A DNA stretch of 54,969 nt, taken from positions 1-54,969 of the forward strand of contig DAOPYW010000006.1 in NCBI GenBank assembly GCA_035353055.1, in the 5' to 3' direction. Below, in pieces: positions 28,722-39,046 of the stretch. Within the stretch, counting starts at the first letter, position 1; each line of letters begins with the position of its first letter. A program made the translations under genes and the position numbers. The DNA comes from Bacilli bacterium. GTDB lineage: Bacteria > Bacillota_I > Bacilli_A > RFN20 > CAG-826. The notes under the pieces were generated by a model. That model was not told where the DNA came from and ran no database searches. It saw only the letters and a program-made list of their open reading frames with translations.

Positions 28722-30851
28722 TTATTTTATATATAAAATATTGATTGAAATCGGAGGGATCAAATTATTTTTCATGTAAACTTGGTCTTCTCCAGTCAGA
28801 GTTAGAGAAGCGTAGTACTCTTCTGTATCGAATGTTTGATTGGCGTGAGTCGGATTGATAATAATCAAAAGCTTGCTGTATTTTTGGAGGTATTTTTTCT
28901 GGTCGGAATACAAAACCATCAAGCCATTATCGCAATGGATAGTTTCAAAGACTGAGGCGATATCTTTTTGCTCGTCTAGTTTGAGATAGGGCAGAGAATT
29001 TTTTCTCAAAGAAATAATCATCTTGAGATAGGCGACCATGTCGAAATTAGCGTCGACTTGCTCCCAGTTCATCTTGTTGACATTCAAGCGGTTATAAGTG
29101 TTATCAAGGCCATATTTGCTGAGCCCAACCTCTTGACCCATATGGATGAACGGAACACCAAAAGATAGCACTGTCATCGCATTAGCGAGTTTGACGCGCT
29201 TATAGAGCATCTGCTCATCTTCCTCGCTGTTGGAAAAAGTTAATTTATCAAAGAGGGTGTTATTATCGTGGCATTCAACATAGTTGATTGACTGATGAGC
29301 ATAGACAAATTTTGGCTCATAGGAATGGTTGATGACTGAGCCGTGAAAGACAAAGTTGGCTCCATAGCAGTAGCCCACATCCCCATTGATGTAGCCTTTT
29401 TGGTTGATTTTATCGTGGAAAGTCGGCCCTTTGATCACATCGCGGAACATCTCGTTAAAGAAGCCGAATTCTGGCAGCATGGCGGCGTTGTCGGAGCAAG
29501 CCTTAGCTTCCATCGGAAGGCTGGTGTCCATGTTCCACCCTTCGCCATAGAAGACTAGATCGCTTTTGATCTTTTTGCATTCTTCCGCTAATAATCTCAT
29601 CGTCTCGATATCGATTAAGCCCATCAAGTCAAAGCGGAATCCATCGATATTGTAGAGCTCGACGAGATTCTTGGCGCTTTCGATGATGATCTTGCGAGCC
29701 ATCGGCTTTTCGCTAGCGACGTCATTGCCGCAGCCGGAAGCCTGAGACAGGGTACCATTTTTCTTTCGTCTAAAGAAATAGCCAGGAGCAAATTTTTCGA
29801 GATCGCTCTCAAAATATTCATAGACGTGATTATAGACCACGTCGATTATCGTGCGAATATTGTTTTCGTGGAGACCTTCCACCATCTGCTTGAATTCTTC
29901 CATTCTGGCAAGGGGTTTATCAGGAGCGGTCGAATAAGAGCCTTCAAGCGCAAAAAAGCTGATGGGGTCATATCCCCAGTTATAGCTTTTCTCTGAATTT
30001 AAATCATAGACGCCGCGGAAATCAAGGATAGGGTTTAACTGCACGTGGGTGACATCTAAATACTTGAGATAATCGAGCCCAGCGGGATTGTTTTTCACCG
30101 TCTTGCGACCTGGTTCAATAAAGCCGAGATACTTTCCTTTATTTTGAATATCAGTGTGCTTGCCTTCGGTAAAATCCCTGACATTAGTCTCATAGATGAC
30201 GCAGTCGAGAAGATTGCTAATCTTGTTAGCGGGATGCTGGCGAGGAATGTTCAATACCTTGCTTAAATCTACGACCGCAGAGTACTGGCTATCGAGAGTG
30301 ACAGCGCGAGCATAAGGATCGCGCGCTTGGCGAGTCATGCCGTTATTTTCGACGAGGTAATAATAGCTAGCGTTTTCATAATCGCCGTCTAGAGAAATTT
30401 CATAAACGCCTTTATCGTGACGAGGCATAGAAAAGGCTTCAAAGCGATGATTATCATGGCTGATTTTTAATATGACGGCAGTGGCTAACGGCGCCCAGAC
30501 GCGAAAAGTAGTTGCCTTATCGGTATAAAAATTGCCTAGAGAGACTTCTGGGCAAGAAAATAAATCTTCGGATTCGGGGAAATCGAATGCTCTTGAATTA
30601 TCGATGATCTGGAGAGGATAGGAAGGAATATAGAGGAAGCATTTGTGCCCGAAAGGGTAATCTTCGCTCATTTCCAATTCGAAAAAGTTGACGTTTAAAT
30701 TCGTGGCGTGGCGAATTACTTTAAGTGTTTCTTTTTTGACATCATCGATAAATAAATGAAATTCGATGTGATCAGGAATGATATTTTGAGTGAATATTAA
30801 AAGGGTGATGCGGCGCAAAGAAATCAATTGAGCTTTTACAAAGTAATTCAT
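28722..30851 (-). CDS. pulA: Type I pullulanase / glycogen debranching enzyme (GH13)
   Basis: FRVWAP, YNWGYDP, DVVYNH, DGFRFDLMG, YGEGW, NYVECHDN. No signal peptide seen. Confidence 0.92.
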   Translation of the reverse strand: MNYFVKAQLISLRRITLLIFTQNIIPDHIEFHLFIDDVKKETLKVIRHATNLNVNFFELEMSEDYPFGHKCFLYIPSYPLQIIDNSRAFDFPESEDLFSCPEVSLGNFYTDKATTFRVWAPLATAVILKISHDNHRFEAFSMPRHDKGVYEISLDGDYENASYYYLVENNGMTRQARDPYARAVTLDSQYSAVVDLSKVLNIPRQHPANKISNLLDCVIYETNVRDFTEGKHTDIQNKGKYLGFIEPGRKTVKNNPAGLDYLKYLDVTHVQLNPILDFRGVYDLNSEKSYNWGYDPISFFALEGSYSTAPDKPLARMEEFKQMVEGLHENNIRTIIDVVYNHVYEYFESDLEKFAPGYFFRRKKNGTLSQASGCGNDVASEKPMARKIIIESAKNLVELYNIDGFRFDLMGLIDIETMRLLAEECKKIKSDLVFYGEGWNMDTSLPMEAKACSDNAAMLPEFGFFNEMFRDVIKGPTFHDKINQKGYINGDVGYCYGANFVFHGSVINHSYEPKFVYAHQSINYVECHDNNTLFDKLTFSNSEEDEQMLYKRVKLANAMTVLSFGVPFIHMGQEVGLSKYGLDNTYNRLNVNKMNWEQVDANFDMVAYLKMIISLRKNSLPYLKLDEQKDIASVFETIHCDNGLMVLYSDQKKYLQKYSKLLIIINPTHANQTFDTEEYYASLTLTGEDQVYMKNNLIPPISINILYIK

Positions 30852-30861
30852 GAGATCTCCT

Positions 30862-33528
30862 CTATCCTATTGAGCTGTAATCTTCGCTGGTGGGAATCTC
30901 GCCATTGCCGCTGGTCGTATCGTGCATTAAAACGCGGCAGCCGCGATTAGCTTCCACATCGATGGAAACCACTCCTTCTTGCTGCAGGCGAGAAAAGAAG
31001 CGGCGAGCGCGATTAAAGCCGACGGCGCATTCGCCTTGAATGCGAGACATCGACATGTATTCTTGCCCCATCACCCATTCTTTGATTCCTTGATATTTTG
31101 CCTCTTCGGCGGGATCCATTGATGCTGAGACGGAACCACTAGCGACTGCGGCTTGACCGGCTTTAGCGGCTTCCTCTTCGAGATTGAGGAATCTCTCACT
31201 GTAGTTAGTCGGATAGTGTTCTTTTAAATAGCCGACTACGCGCATAATTTCTTTTCTTTGAATAAAGCAGCATTGCAAGCGGACTAAACCGACGCGGCTG
31301 ACTAGAGGTGACTGGACGAGCATATCGCCTTTGCCGAGCAGTTTCTCGGCACCGCCTTCACCTAAGATAGTGATGGACTGAGTGACGTTCGCGGTCGCCA
31401 AAGCCACATGGGTGGCGAGGTTGCTCTTGATTGAGCCAGTGATGATATTCGTGGTTGGGCTTTGAGTCGATATCAAAAGATGAATGCCGCAAGCGCGAGC
31501 TTTTTGACCCAATAACAAGATTGGTTGAGAAGCTTCTTTATGAGTGGTAACTAAATCGCCATATTCATCGATGATGACGACAATATAAGGGATCTTTGGC
31601 TTGTGATTTTCTTCGGCGTATTCGTTATATTCCGGTACTGAGGTGCATCCGCCTGCATCTTCGAACAACTGGTATCGCTCATTCATTTCTTCCACTAGTT
31701 TGTTGAGGAATAAAGCAGCTTGGCTAGAATCGCTGACGATCGGGCAGAGGAGATGAGGCATATCGCGGTAGCGAACCATTTCGACTCTCTTCGGATCGAT
31801 GATTGCCATGCGGAGTTGCTCAGGAGAATTGCGCATGATTAAAGTGGTGATTAATGCATGGATGAAAATGGACTTGCCACTTCCAGAAGAGCCAGCGACA
31901 AGAATGTGAGGGAATTCATTAAAATCAGCATAGATGACATCTCCAGAGATGTTTTTGCCAAAGGCAACTGCTAAAGGATGCTTCTTCACATCAGGGAGAT
32001 CTTCATATACTTCTTTAAAGCCAACTGGCGTGATAGTCGCATTAGGAATTTCCAATCCTGAATAGATCTGACCTTCCACGACTGGTTCAAATCGAGCAGC
32101 CACACCGCCTAATCGGCGAGATAAGTCATCGACGAGAATGTTGATTGAGCGGGATGAGACGTTGCTATCATAGCGGATGTTAAAGCGCGTGACGGCAGGG
32201 CCGATTGTATAGTCGATGACGTTAGCGCCAATATTAAAATCAGCGAGAACTTGATTGATGAGGACGCTTCTTTCATCAGCGACCTTTTTGTTGACTTCTA
32301 ATGCTTCAGTGATTTCGAGAGTATCTAGTAGTTCGAGAGAAGGGGCGATCCACTTGATTGGTTTCGCGGGAGGCGTTGGCGCTTTAACTTCTTCTTTGAG
32401 GTTAGCATCTGGTTCAGCTTTATTGATAACTTTTCGCTCCAAAAATGTCGGCTTAACTTTAGTTAATTCCGCGTCGATGACCGGTTTAGCTTCAAAATCG
32501 AGAGTCAATTGCTCGGCGTGAGCTGACTTTTCGCCTGGAACAGCTAAATTGGGAGTTTCGGCGGCTTGCTTCTCTTCTGCAACAGGAGGAACGGGTGCAG
32601 GAGCATCAGCGAGTTCGGGGTGAACAAAGCGAGCTTTGACAAAGCCTCCATCCCGAGGGTAGTTGCTGTTGATCGGTGAATTATCGGTCACCACTGGTCC
32701 GCCGAAGACTGGGCGCATCGTGGTGGATTGCAATTTAGGGGCCTTTTTCTCAGTGGAGAAATCGTATTGGCCAGCAGACTTCACTAGCGAGATGCTATTG
32801 GTGGTTCCCTGGTAGTCTTCTTTGCGGATCATCGTCGCTTTATTAGCATCGATGCTGGCGACATTCTTTTGCTCTTCTGGCGCTTTGACAACTTTTGGAG
32901 CAGCCAAGGCAAGTTGCTTTCTCTTATCGATGGCGCGCTTGATAAATGGCACGCAGAATAAGCCCGCGCCTCCGACGGTTAAAAGAACTCCGAAAGTCCA
33001 AGCCCAACCGATGTTTAAATATTTAATAACAAACGAGGTGAGATAAATACCCGCTAAGCCACCGCCGAAATTATATTGTCCACTCGTTCCATTTAGAGTG
33101 TAGTCAACTTCGGAAAATAGATTGAATTCAGAGTAGGAAAAATAGCCGCTTTTCCCATCCGAACTCTGCATGTGATTGAACATGTCGAGGAAGGTAGAAA
33201 TAGAGATAGATCCCTTGCGGCAGAATATTAAAGTCGTCAAAAGAAGCGAGCCAAAAAAGAAAATCAAGATGCCAAATAGGCCAAAAGAGAAGCGCACCTT
33301 AAATCCTTTTTCTCTAAAGAGAAAGGAAATGCCGAGGATATAGATAAAAATATAGATGACGTAAGCGCTGACCCCAAACATAAAGTTTGGACCGATGGTT
33401 AAAGCGCGGTTAATTTCCCCGACATTGATAATCAAGGAGACTGAGAGCAAGCAGAAAAAAACGCCGCCAAAAAAAGTCAAATGGCGAGCCGAGACGGGTT
33501 TCGGATTCTTAATTTTGCTCATACACAT
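30862..33528 (-). CDS. ftsK: DNA translocase FtsK/SpoIIIE
   Basis: N-terminal TM helices, AGSSGSGKS, IDPKRVE, IIDEYGD, EKLLGKGDML, gamma domain VGFNRARR. Alternative start at 33522. Confidence 0.95.
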   Translation of the reverse strand: MCMSKIKNPKPVSARHLTFFGGVFFCLLSVSLIINVGEINRALTIGPNFMFGVSAYVIYIFIYILGISFLFREKGFKVRFSFGLFGILIFFFGSLLLTTLIFCRKGSISISTFLDMFNHMQSSDGKSGYFSYSEFNLFSEVDYTLNGTSGQYNFGGGLAGIYLTSFVIKYLNIGWAWTFGVLLTVGGAGLFCVPFIKRAIDKRKQLALAAPKVVKAPEEQKNVASIDANKATMIRKEDYQGTTNSISLVKSAGQYDFSTEKKAPKLQSTTMRPVFGGPVVTDNSPINSNYPRDGGFVKARFVHPELADAPAPVPPVAEEKQAAETPNLAVPGEKSAHAEQLTLDFEAKPVIDAELTKVKPTFLERKVINKAEPDANLKEEVKAPTPPAKPIKWIAPSLELLDTLEITEALEVNKKVADERSVLINQVLADFNIGANVIDYTIGPAVTRFNIRYDSNVSSRSINILVDDLSRRLGGVAARFEPVVEGQIYSGLEIPNATITPVGFKEVYEDLPDVKKHPLAVAFGKNISGDVIYADFNEFPHILVAGSSGSGKSIFIHALITTLIMRNSPEQLRMAIIDPKRVEMVRYRDMPHLLCPIVSDSSQAALFLNKLVEEMNERYQLFEDAGGCTSVPEYNEYAEENHKPKIPYIVVIIDEYGDLVTTHKEASQPILLLGQKARACGIHLLISTQSPTTNIITGSIKSNLATHVALATANVTQSITILGEGGAEKLLGKGDMLVQSPLVSRVGLVRLQCCFIQRKEIMRVVGYLKEHYPTNYSERFLNLEEEAAKAGQAAVASGSVSASMDPAEEAKYQGIKEWVMGQEYMSMSRIQGECAVGFNRARRFFSRLQQEGVVSIDVEANRGCRVLMHDTTSGNGEIPTSEDYSSIG

Positions 33529-33596
33529 ATATTATATAAACGTGCCCGCGCATTAGTCCACGAGTTTTTAACAAAAAAAGCACCGAAGTGCTTTAT

Positions 33597-35285
33597 TTAT
33601 TTTGTCTCGATTATAATTGGCAAAATCATCGGTTCGCGGCCGTTTTCGCGGCGGATAAACCGTTTCGCTCGCTCACGAATGACGTCTTCGACTTTAGCAG
33701 TTTCGAATTTTCCTGGAGCATTGAGAGCATTATTGACCTCTTCAACATAGATGTTGGAGATGGACTTTAATAGCGGCTCCGCTTCTTTGACGAAGACAAA
33801 TCCGCGCATCTGGCAATCAGGACCCGCTAAGATTTTCTTTTGCTCGACATTTACGGTCGCGGCGACAACCACCGCACCATCAAAGCCTAATTGGCGGCGC
33901 TCTTCAATCAGCTCCGCGCCGACTTTGCTGATGCCGGTGCCATCGACTAAAACTGGCGATATATTGATATGATTGGTCTCATTTGGCACCATGTGAGGAC
34001 GAGGTGAATCATCGAACACCAACTGCATTCCATTATCCAAGATGAAAACGTTGCTGTGATTAAAGCCTACTCCCATGGAGAGAGCCAATTTAGCGTTGCT
34101 CATCAAGTTCACAAAACTTCCTCTGACCGGAAGATAGTATTTAGGTTTAAGAAGGGAGAGGAAGACTTTCAAATCATCCTGATGAGCGTGCATTGGAAGC
34201 AAGACTTTGTTATTGAGCCAAACGACCTCGCAGCCAGTGCGATAGAGGCTATCCAAAGAGCGAGTGGCCACCACTTCTTGCGTCGGAGTGGGGAGGGCGG
34301 CAGAGATAAAAATATCCTTGGGCCCGATGGTAATTCTTTTATCCTCGTTTGATCGAGCGGCTAGCTTGCCAATCTTCTCATAGATTTCAGTGCCATGCCC
34401 GAGAATCAATATCACTAAATCTTGTTCTTTGACGCGAAGCAGGTCTTCGGGTTTAACGACATCGATGTCGCGAAGCATGTCATCATCCCTAGAGCCAAGA
34501 AAAGCCATTACTTCCCGAGTATAATCATCGTAAAAATATAATTTTTTGTGATATTTCTTGCAAAGTAAGAGGATTCCGCGAATTCGATAGAGATTTTGCC
34601 AGAAGCAAGAAGTGAAGATTCTCTGCTCGCAATCCTTGAAATACTTCTCGATGAGATAGACGATGCGGTGCTTAGGAGCGCAGTAGCCCGAGTGGGCAGC
34701 TCCCTTGCTGGGCGATAGGAGAAGCAGAGTTTCCTTCTCGGAAATTCTCCCGAGAGCAGGCAGATCAAAGATGTAACCTACTTCATTTAATGAATAGTCG
34801 ACGATAAAGTCGCTAGTATAAGCGATATTGCCGCGATCGGTCTCAAAAGCTACGCCCATTGAGAAGGCGACGCTGTGGCAAGTCTGAAAGAAATGGATGA
34901 TGTGACCAGCAATCGTGACAGTGCTGGATGGATCGACGATATGAAAATCAAAATTGGTCTTAACTTTTAAGATGCTGGCTTGGCCGAGCATGCATTTTCT
35001 GGTCGTCTCTGTGCAGTAGACAGGAGCGGGAGCGCGATTGTAAAAGTATTTGAGTCCGGACATGCTCTCATCATGTCCATGAGTGATGATATAAGCCTTC
35101 AGGCGATTTCTATTTTGGATGATGTATTCGGCGTTTGGCAAAAGAAAATCCACGCCGGGAATCGTTTTGTCTGGCAGGGAGCTTCCCGCCTCAACGACAA
35201 ATAAATCATTATTAATTTCTATTACGTAACAGTCTCGGCCGTTTTCATCTAACCCGCCGAGAGCACACACTTTAATATTATCCAC
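33597..35285 (-). CDS. rnjB: Ribonuclease J, J2-like paralog
   Basis: ALGGLDENG, THGHDESMSG (degenerate HxHxDH), HAHQDDL, RREPMILP-like end; upstream of ftsK. GTG start. Confidence 0.85.
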   Translation of the reverse strand: MDNIKVCALGGLDENGRDCYVIEINNDLFVVEAGSSLPDKTIPGVDFLLPNAEYIIQNRNRLKAYIITHGHDESMSGLKYFYNRAPAPVYCTETTRKCMLGQASILKVKTNFDFHIVDPSSTVTIAGHIIHFFQTCHSVAFSMGVAFETDRGNIAYTSDFIVDYSLNEVGYIFDLPALGRISEKETLLLLSPSKGAAHSGYCAPKHRIVYLIEKYFKDCEQRIFTSCFWQNLYRIRGILLLCKKYHKKLYFYDDYTREVMAFLGSRDDDMLRDIDVVKPEDLLRVKEQDLVILILGHGTEIYEKIGKLAARSNEDKRITIGPKDIFISAALPTPTQEVVATRSLDSLYRTGCEVVWLNNKVLLPMHAHQDDLKVFLSLLKPKYYLPVRGSFVNLMSNAKLALSMGVGFNHSNVFILDNGMQLVFDDSPRPHMVPNETNHINISPVLVDGTGISKVGAELIEERRQLGFDGAVVVAATVNVEQKKILAGPDCQMRGFVFVKEAEPLLKSISNIYVEEVNNALNAPGKFETAKVEDVIRERAKRFIRRENGREPMILPIIIETK

Positions 35286-35442
35286 GCTGCAAAAGTGCCT
35301 CCTTCATAAATTGACTATGTTTGGTTGCTAATACTAGTATACATAAATAATAGCTAATTAAAAGTGAAAATATTTAATTTTCAAATAAAAAGATCCTGTC
35401 AAAACCCGCAAAGTGGAATTTATTCAGGATCTAAAAGATCAG

Positions 35443-37650
35443 TTACTTTTTGAAGTGGCGAGGGCCTTTGAAGGAGCGATCAGGGCGATTTTGATGCTCG
35501 GTCTTTGGTCTCTCGGGACGCTCGACATAATCTTCGGGTTTATTGAGGAATTCGCGATGGCTGACTTTGACTTTGCCCTTGTCATCAATCTCGATGACTT
35601 GAACTTTGATCTTGTCGCCAATTTTGACGACGTCGCTAGCCTTTTCGACGAAGCCCCAGCCTAAGCGGGAGACGTGACATAAGCCATCGACATTGCCAAA
35701 TAGGTGGACGAATGCGCCATAGTCTTCGACGCGGACGACTTCACCTTCGTATTCTTCGCCAACTTTTGCTTCTTTGACTATGTCAAGAATCATCTGCTTA
35801 GCGGTATTGATGGTCGCGCGATCCATATGATAGATGGTCACTTGGCCACTGTCTTCGATATCAATCTTGACATTATCGCACTTGGCAATGATGTCATTGA
35901 TGACTTTTCCGCCAGTTCCGATAACTTCCCGGATCTTATCTTCAGCAATCATGAAGGTATCCATCTTAGGTGCATATTTGCCGACATCAGGGCGAGGAGC
36001 GCTGATGGCTTTGGACATCGCTTCGCGAATGACAGCTCTGGCTCCGTGAGCTTGAGTTAAGGCTTCGCGCAAGATTTCGCGGCTGACACCTTTGATTTTG
36101 ATATCCATCTGCAAAGCAGTGATACCTTTTTCGGTACCGGCGACTTTGAAGTCCATATCACCGAAGTGATCTTCTAAGCCTTGAATATCAGTCAAAATAG
36201 TATAGGGGTGCTTTCCATCTAATGGCCCAGAGGTAATTAAACCCATGGCGATGCCGCTGACCATTGCTTTGAGTGGGACACCAGCAGCCATTAATGACAT
36301 GCAGGAAGCGCAGATGCTCGCTTGAGAGGAAGAACCATTGGATTCGACGACTTCAGCGACAGTGCGGATTGTGTAGGGGAATTCTTTTTCATCAGGAATG
36401 ACATAGCTAAGGGCTCTTTCGCCGAGAGCACCATGGCCGATTTCACGTCTGCCTGGGCTGCCCATTCTGCCAACTTCGCCAACGCTGAAAGGTGGGAAAT
36501 TGTAGTGATGCATCCAGTGGCGGGTCTCTTCTTCAGTCAAATTATCGATGATTTGTTCGTCGGATTTAGCTCCGAGAGTCGTGACCGAGATAACTTGAGT
36601 TTGTCCGCGAGTGAACATGGCTGAACCATGAGCGCGAGGGAGCAAATCAACTTGAGCGTCCAAAGGACGAATTTCATCAATTCGACGTCCATCTGGGCGG
36701 ATCTTCTCTTCGGTAATCAAGCGGCGAACTTCTTGAGCGACGAGGTTTTCGAGGGTCTCGTTCACCATGCTATAGACAGTGCGATGAGTTTTCTCATCTG
36801 GGTAAGAGCGGGAATCATAGTCATCTAGGATTTCATCTTTGATAGCATTGATAGCGTCTCCGCGTTCCATTTTATCGAAAATGGAGATGGCTTTGACCAA
36901 GCGGTCTTTCGCTCGACTAGCGACATCAGCAGCGATTTTTGGATCGCATTCGTATAATTCAACTTCGCGTTTGGGTTGTCCAATTTCGCGGATAATTTCT
37001 TCTTGCCATTCGCACAGGCGTTTGACAGCAGCATGCCCAAACATTAAGGCTTCTAACATCTCTTCTTCGCTGACTTGATCAGCGCCGGCTTCCACCATGT
37101 TGATGGCTTCTTTGGTGCCAGCGACAGCGATGTTAATATCGCTCTTTTCTCTTTCAGCGACAGTGGGATTAATAATTAACTTTCCATCGATTCGGCCGAC
37201 ATAAACGCCAGCGATTGGACCATCAAAGGGAATATCTGAGACACCGAGCGCTAAGGAAGAACCTAGCATCGCAGTCATTTCAGGGCTGCAATCTTGGTCG
37301 GCCGACATCACGGTGTTGACGATTTGCACTTCATTGCGGAATCCTTCCGAAAACATCGGGCGGATTGGGCGATCGATTAATCTTGCGGTCAAAGTGGCAT
37401 GTTCGCCAGCTCGACCTTCTCGTCTTAAAAACGAGCCAGGAATTTTGCCGACGGCGTATTGCTTTTCTTCATAGCCGACGGTCAAGGGGAAGAAATCTCC
37501 TTCTTTTGGCTCATCAGAACAACAGGCTGTGGAAAGAACAGCAGTCTCGTTTAATCTCACGAGGACCGCGCCGTCAGCTTGCTTAGCGATTTCGCCAGCT
37601 TCGACGACAAACTTCTTTCCTTCGAATTCTAATTCGAATACTCTTTTCAT
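35443..37650 (-). CDS. pnp: Polyribonucleotide nucleotidyltransferase (PNPase)
   Basis: RLIDRPIRP, RREIGHG, ESNGSSSQAS, GDMDFKVAGT, KH and S1 domains. Confidence 0.98.
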   Translation of the reverse strand: MKRVFELEFEGKKFVVEAGEIAKQADGAVLVRLNETAVLSTACCSDEPKEGDFFPLTVGYEEKQYAVGKIPGSFLRREGRAGEHATLTARLIDRPIRPMFSEGFRNEVQIVNTVMSADQDCSPEMTAMLGSSLALGVSDIPFDGPIAGVYVGRIDGKLIINPTVAEREKSDINIAVAGTKEAINMVEAGADQVSEEEMLEALMFGHAAVKRLCEWQEEIIREIGQPKREVELYECDPKIAADVASRAKDRLVKAISIFDKMERGDAINAIKDEILDDYDSRSYPDEKTHRTVYSMVNETLENLVAQEVRRLITEEKIRPDGRRIDEIRPLDAQVDLLPRAHGSAMFTRGQTQVISVTTLGAKSDEQIIDNLTEEETRHWMHHYNFPPFSVGEVGRMGSPGRREIGHGALGERALSYVIPDEKEFPYTIRTVAEVVESNGSSSQASICASCMSLMAAGVPLKAMVSGIAMGLITSGPLDGKHPYTILTDIQGLEDHFGDMDFKVAGTEKGITALQMDIKIKGVSREILREALTQAHGARAVIREAMSKAISAPRPDVGKYAPKMDTFMIAEDKIREVIGTGGKVINDIIAKCDNVKIDIEDSGQVTIYHMDRATINTAKQMILDIVKEAKVGEEYEGEVVRVEDYGAFVHLFGNVDGLCHVSRLGWGFVEKASDVVKIGDKIKVQVIEIDDKGKVKVSHREFLNKPEDYVERPERPKTEHQNRPDRSFKGPRHFKK

Positions 37651-37730
37651 CTTTTTACCTCTTTTACATTAAAATGATTTCGCATTGATTTTATCAAAGT
37701 AGATAAACACATACAAGCGTTTATTAGATA

Positions 37731-37755
37731 AAAGAAAATCGCCGATCGGCGATTT
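37731..37755 (-). terminator. rpsO terminator
   Basis: AAATCGCC/GGCGATTT stem with a U-rich tail on the minus strand. Confidence 0.7.
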
Positions 37756-37770
37756 CTTCTTGCTCTTTGC

Positions 37771-38040
37771 TTACTTGCGTAAGTTTAGATCAACAATGAG
37801 CTTGAGATAAGCTTCTCGGTCAGAGCAAACTAAGTAGTCTAATAGACTGCGGCGTTGCCCGACAAGAATCATCAAGCTGCGCTTACCGTGACCATCTTTT
37901 TTGTTGGCCTTTAAGTGAGCGGTTAGAGCAGTGATCTGTTCAGTGAGAATGGCGATTTGGACTTGGGCAGAGCCGGTGTCTTTAGCATTCTTGCCGAATT
38001 TCTTGATCAATTCTGCTTTTCTTTCCTTGGTTAGTGCCAT
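37771..38040 (-). CDS. rpsO: 30S ribosomal protein S15
   Basis: DTGSAQVQIAILT, HLKANKKD; ATG 38040 behind AGGAGG. Confidence 0.97.
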   Translation of the reverse strand: MALTKERKAELIKKFGKNAKDTGSAQVQIAILTEQITALTAHLKANKKDGHGKRSLMILVGQRRSLLDYLVCSDREAYLKLIVDLNLRK

Positions 38041-38110
38041 GGGAATCCTCCTAACTTCTTTTCTTAACTTAAGCCCGGTCAATCGTTGAGGAATCGATAG
38101 ACTGCGCCTA
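38041..38110 (-). promoter_or_regulatory. Putative S15 autoregulatory leader RNA
   Basis: Minus strand pairings ACTTAG/CTTAAGT and GTC-ATCG/CGAT-TGAC directly upstream of the SD. Such leaders are known for rpsO; no covariance-model match tested. Confidence 0.4.
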
Positions 38111-38143
38111 AGTCGCTGTGAATATAATATATTCTCAATTGAT

Positions 38144-39046
38144 TTAAGGCAAAGACTTTTTTGCTTTTTCCAAGTCTTTCTCTAATTGTATTTTCAAATC
38201 ATCGAGGGATTGGAAGCGCATTTCTGGGCGAATAAACTTGATAAAATCAACGAATAAGTGTAGGCCATAAAGATTGCCGTGATAATCGAGGATATGCACT
38301 TCGATAATTGGTTCGAGCAATGGCATGATGGTCGGATGGGTTCCGACATTAATTATACATTTATGCTTTTCACCATGCGGGTAAGCATATCCGACGTAAA
38401 CACCTATTTTTGGGTGCACGTAATAATAATCTAATTTTAAATTGGCGGTGGGGAAGTTTATCCTTTGGCCATTGTGCTTTCCCTGAATGACAAGGCCAGA
38501 TAATCGATAAGGGCGTCCTAAGAGTCCCTGCGCTAATTCCATATCACCTACTTGAATAGCTTTAGCGATATCGCGAGAGGAAATCTTGCCACCATTTTGC
38601 ATTTGCAGAGGAAAGACGACCACCGAGAAAAAATTCTTTAAGTATTGAGGATTGCCTTCGCCTCTCACTCCAAAGCGATAGTCTTCACCACAATAGATTT
38701 TTATGGGGTTGAAGGGAATCAAGATATGGTTAATAAATTCGTCTTTGGTGCGGATGGAAGACTCGATATCAAAATGCATCAAGAGGAGATAATCGATGCC
38801 GAGATCTTCGAATAAATCAGCTTTGTCTGCTGGGGAAGTAATCGCCTCATTTAGAGGGATTTTTCCGAGCACAATGGCAGGCGAATTATCGAAGGTGAGT
38901 ATTCCAACTTTATAACCTTCTTTTTTAGCGGCTTTAATCAGGGCTTGGTGGCCGAGATGGACGCCGTCAAAATAGCCTAAGCAGAGAATCATCCTCTCAT
39001 TAAGCTTTGGGGGATTTTCGTAATTGAACTCGATAATTTCCATCAT
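38144..39046 (-). CDS. ribF: Bifunctional riboflavin kinase / FAD synthetase
   Basis: LGYFDGVHLGH, ISSRDI, FPTAN, NVGTHPT, IEVHILDY; ATGA overlap with truB. Confidence 0.95.
   Translation of the reverse strand: MMEIIEFNYENPPKLNERMILCLGYFDGVHLGHQALIKAAKKEGYKVGILTFDNSPAIVLGKIPLNEAITSPADKADLFEDLGIDYLLLMHFDIESSIRTKDEFINHILIPFNPIKIYCGEDYRFGVRGEGNPQYLKNFFSVVVFPLQMQNGGKISSRDIAKAIQVGDMELAQGLLGRPYRLSGLVIQGKHNGQRINFPTANLKLDYYYVHPKIGVYVGYAYPHGEKHKCIINVGTHPTIMPLLEPIIEVHILDYHGNLYGLHLFVDFIKFIRPEMRFQSLDDLKIQLEKDLEKAKKSLP

Noticed and set aside
35391-35432. AGATCCTG/CAGGATCT inverted repeat after pnp as a novel RNA
   Set aside because: Most simply a large-loop pnp terminator; not enough further structure.
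35413-37586. Plus-strand ORFs opposite pnp, and similar ones opposite alaS, infB, nusA and SPFH (e.g. 50631..51071)
   Set aside because: Antisense shadows of highly conserved genes, with no SD or motifs.
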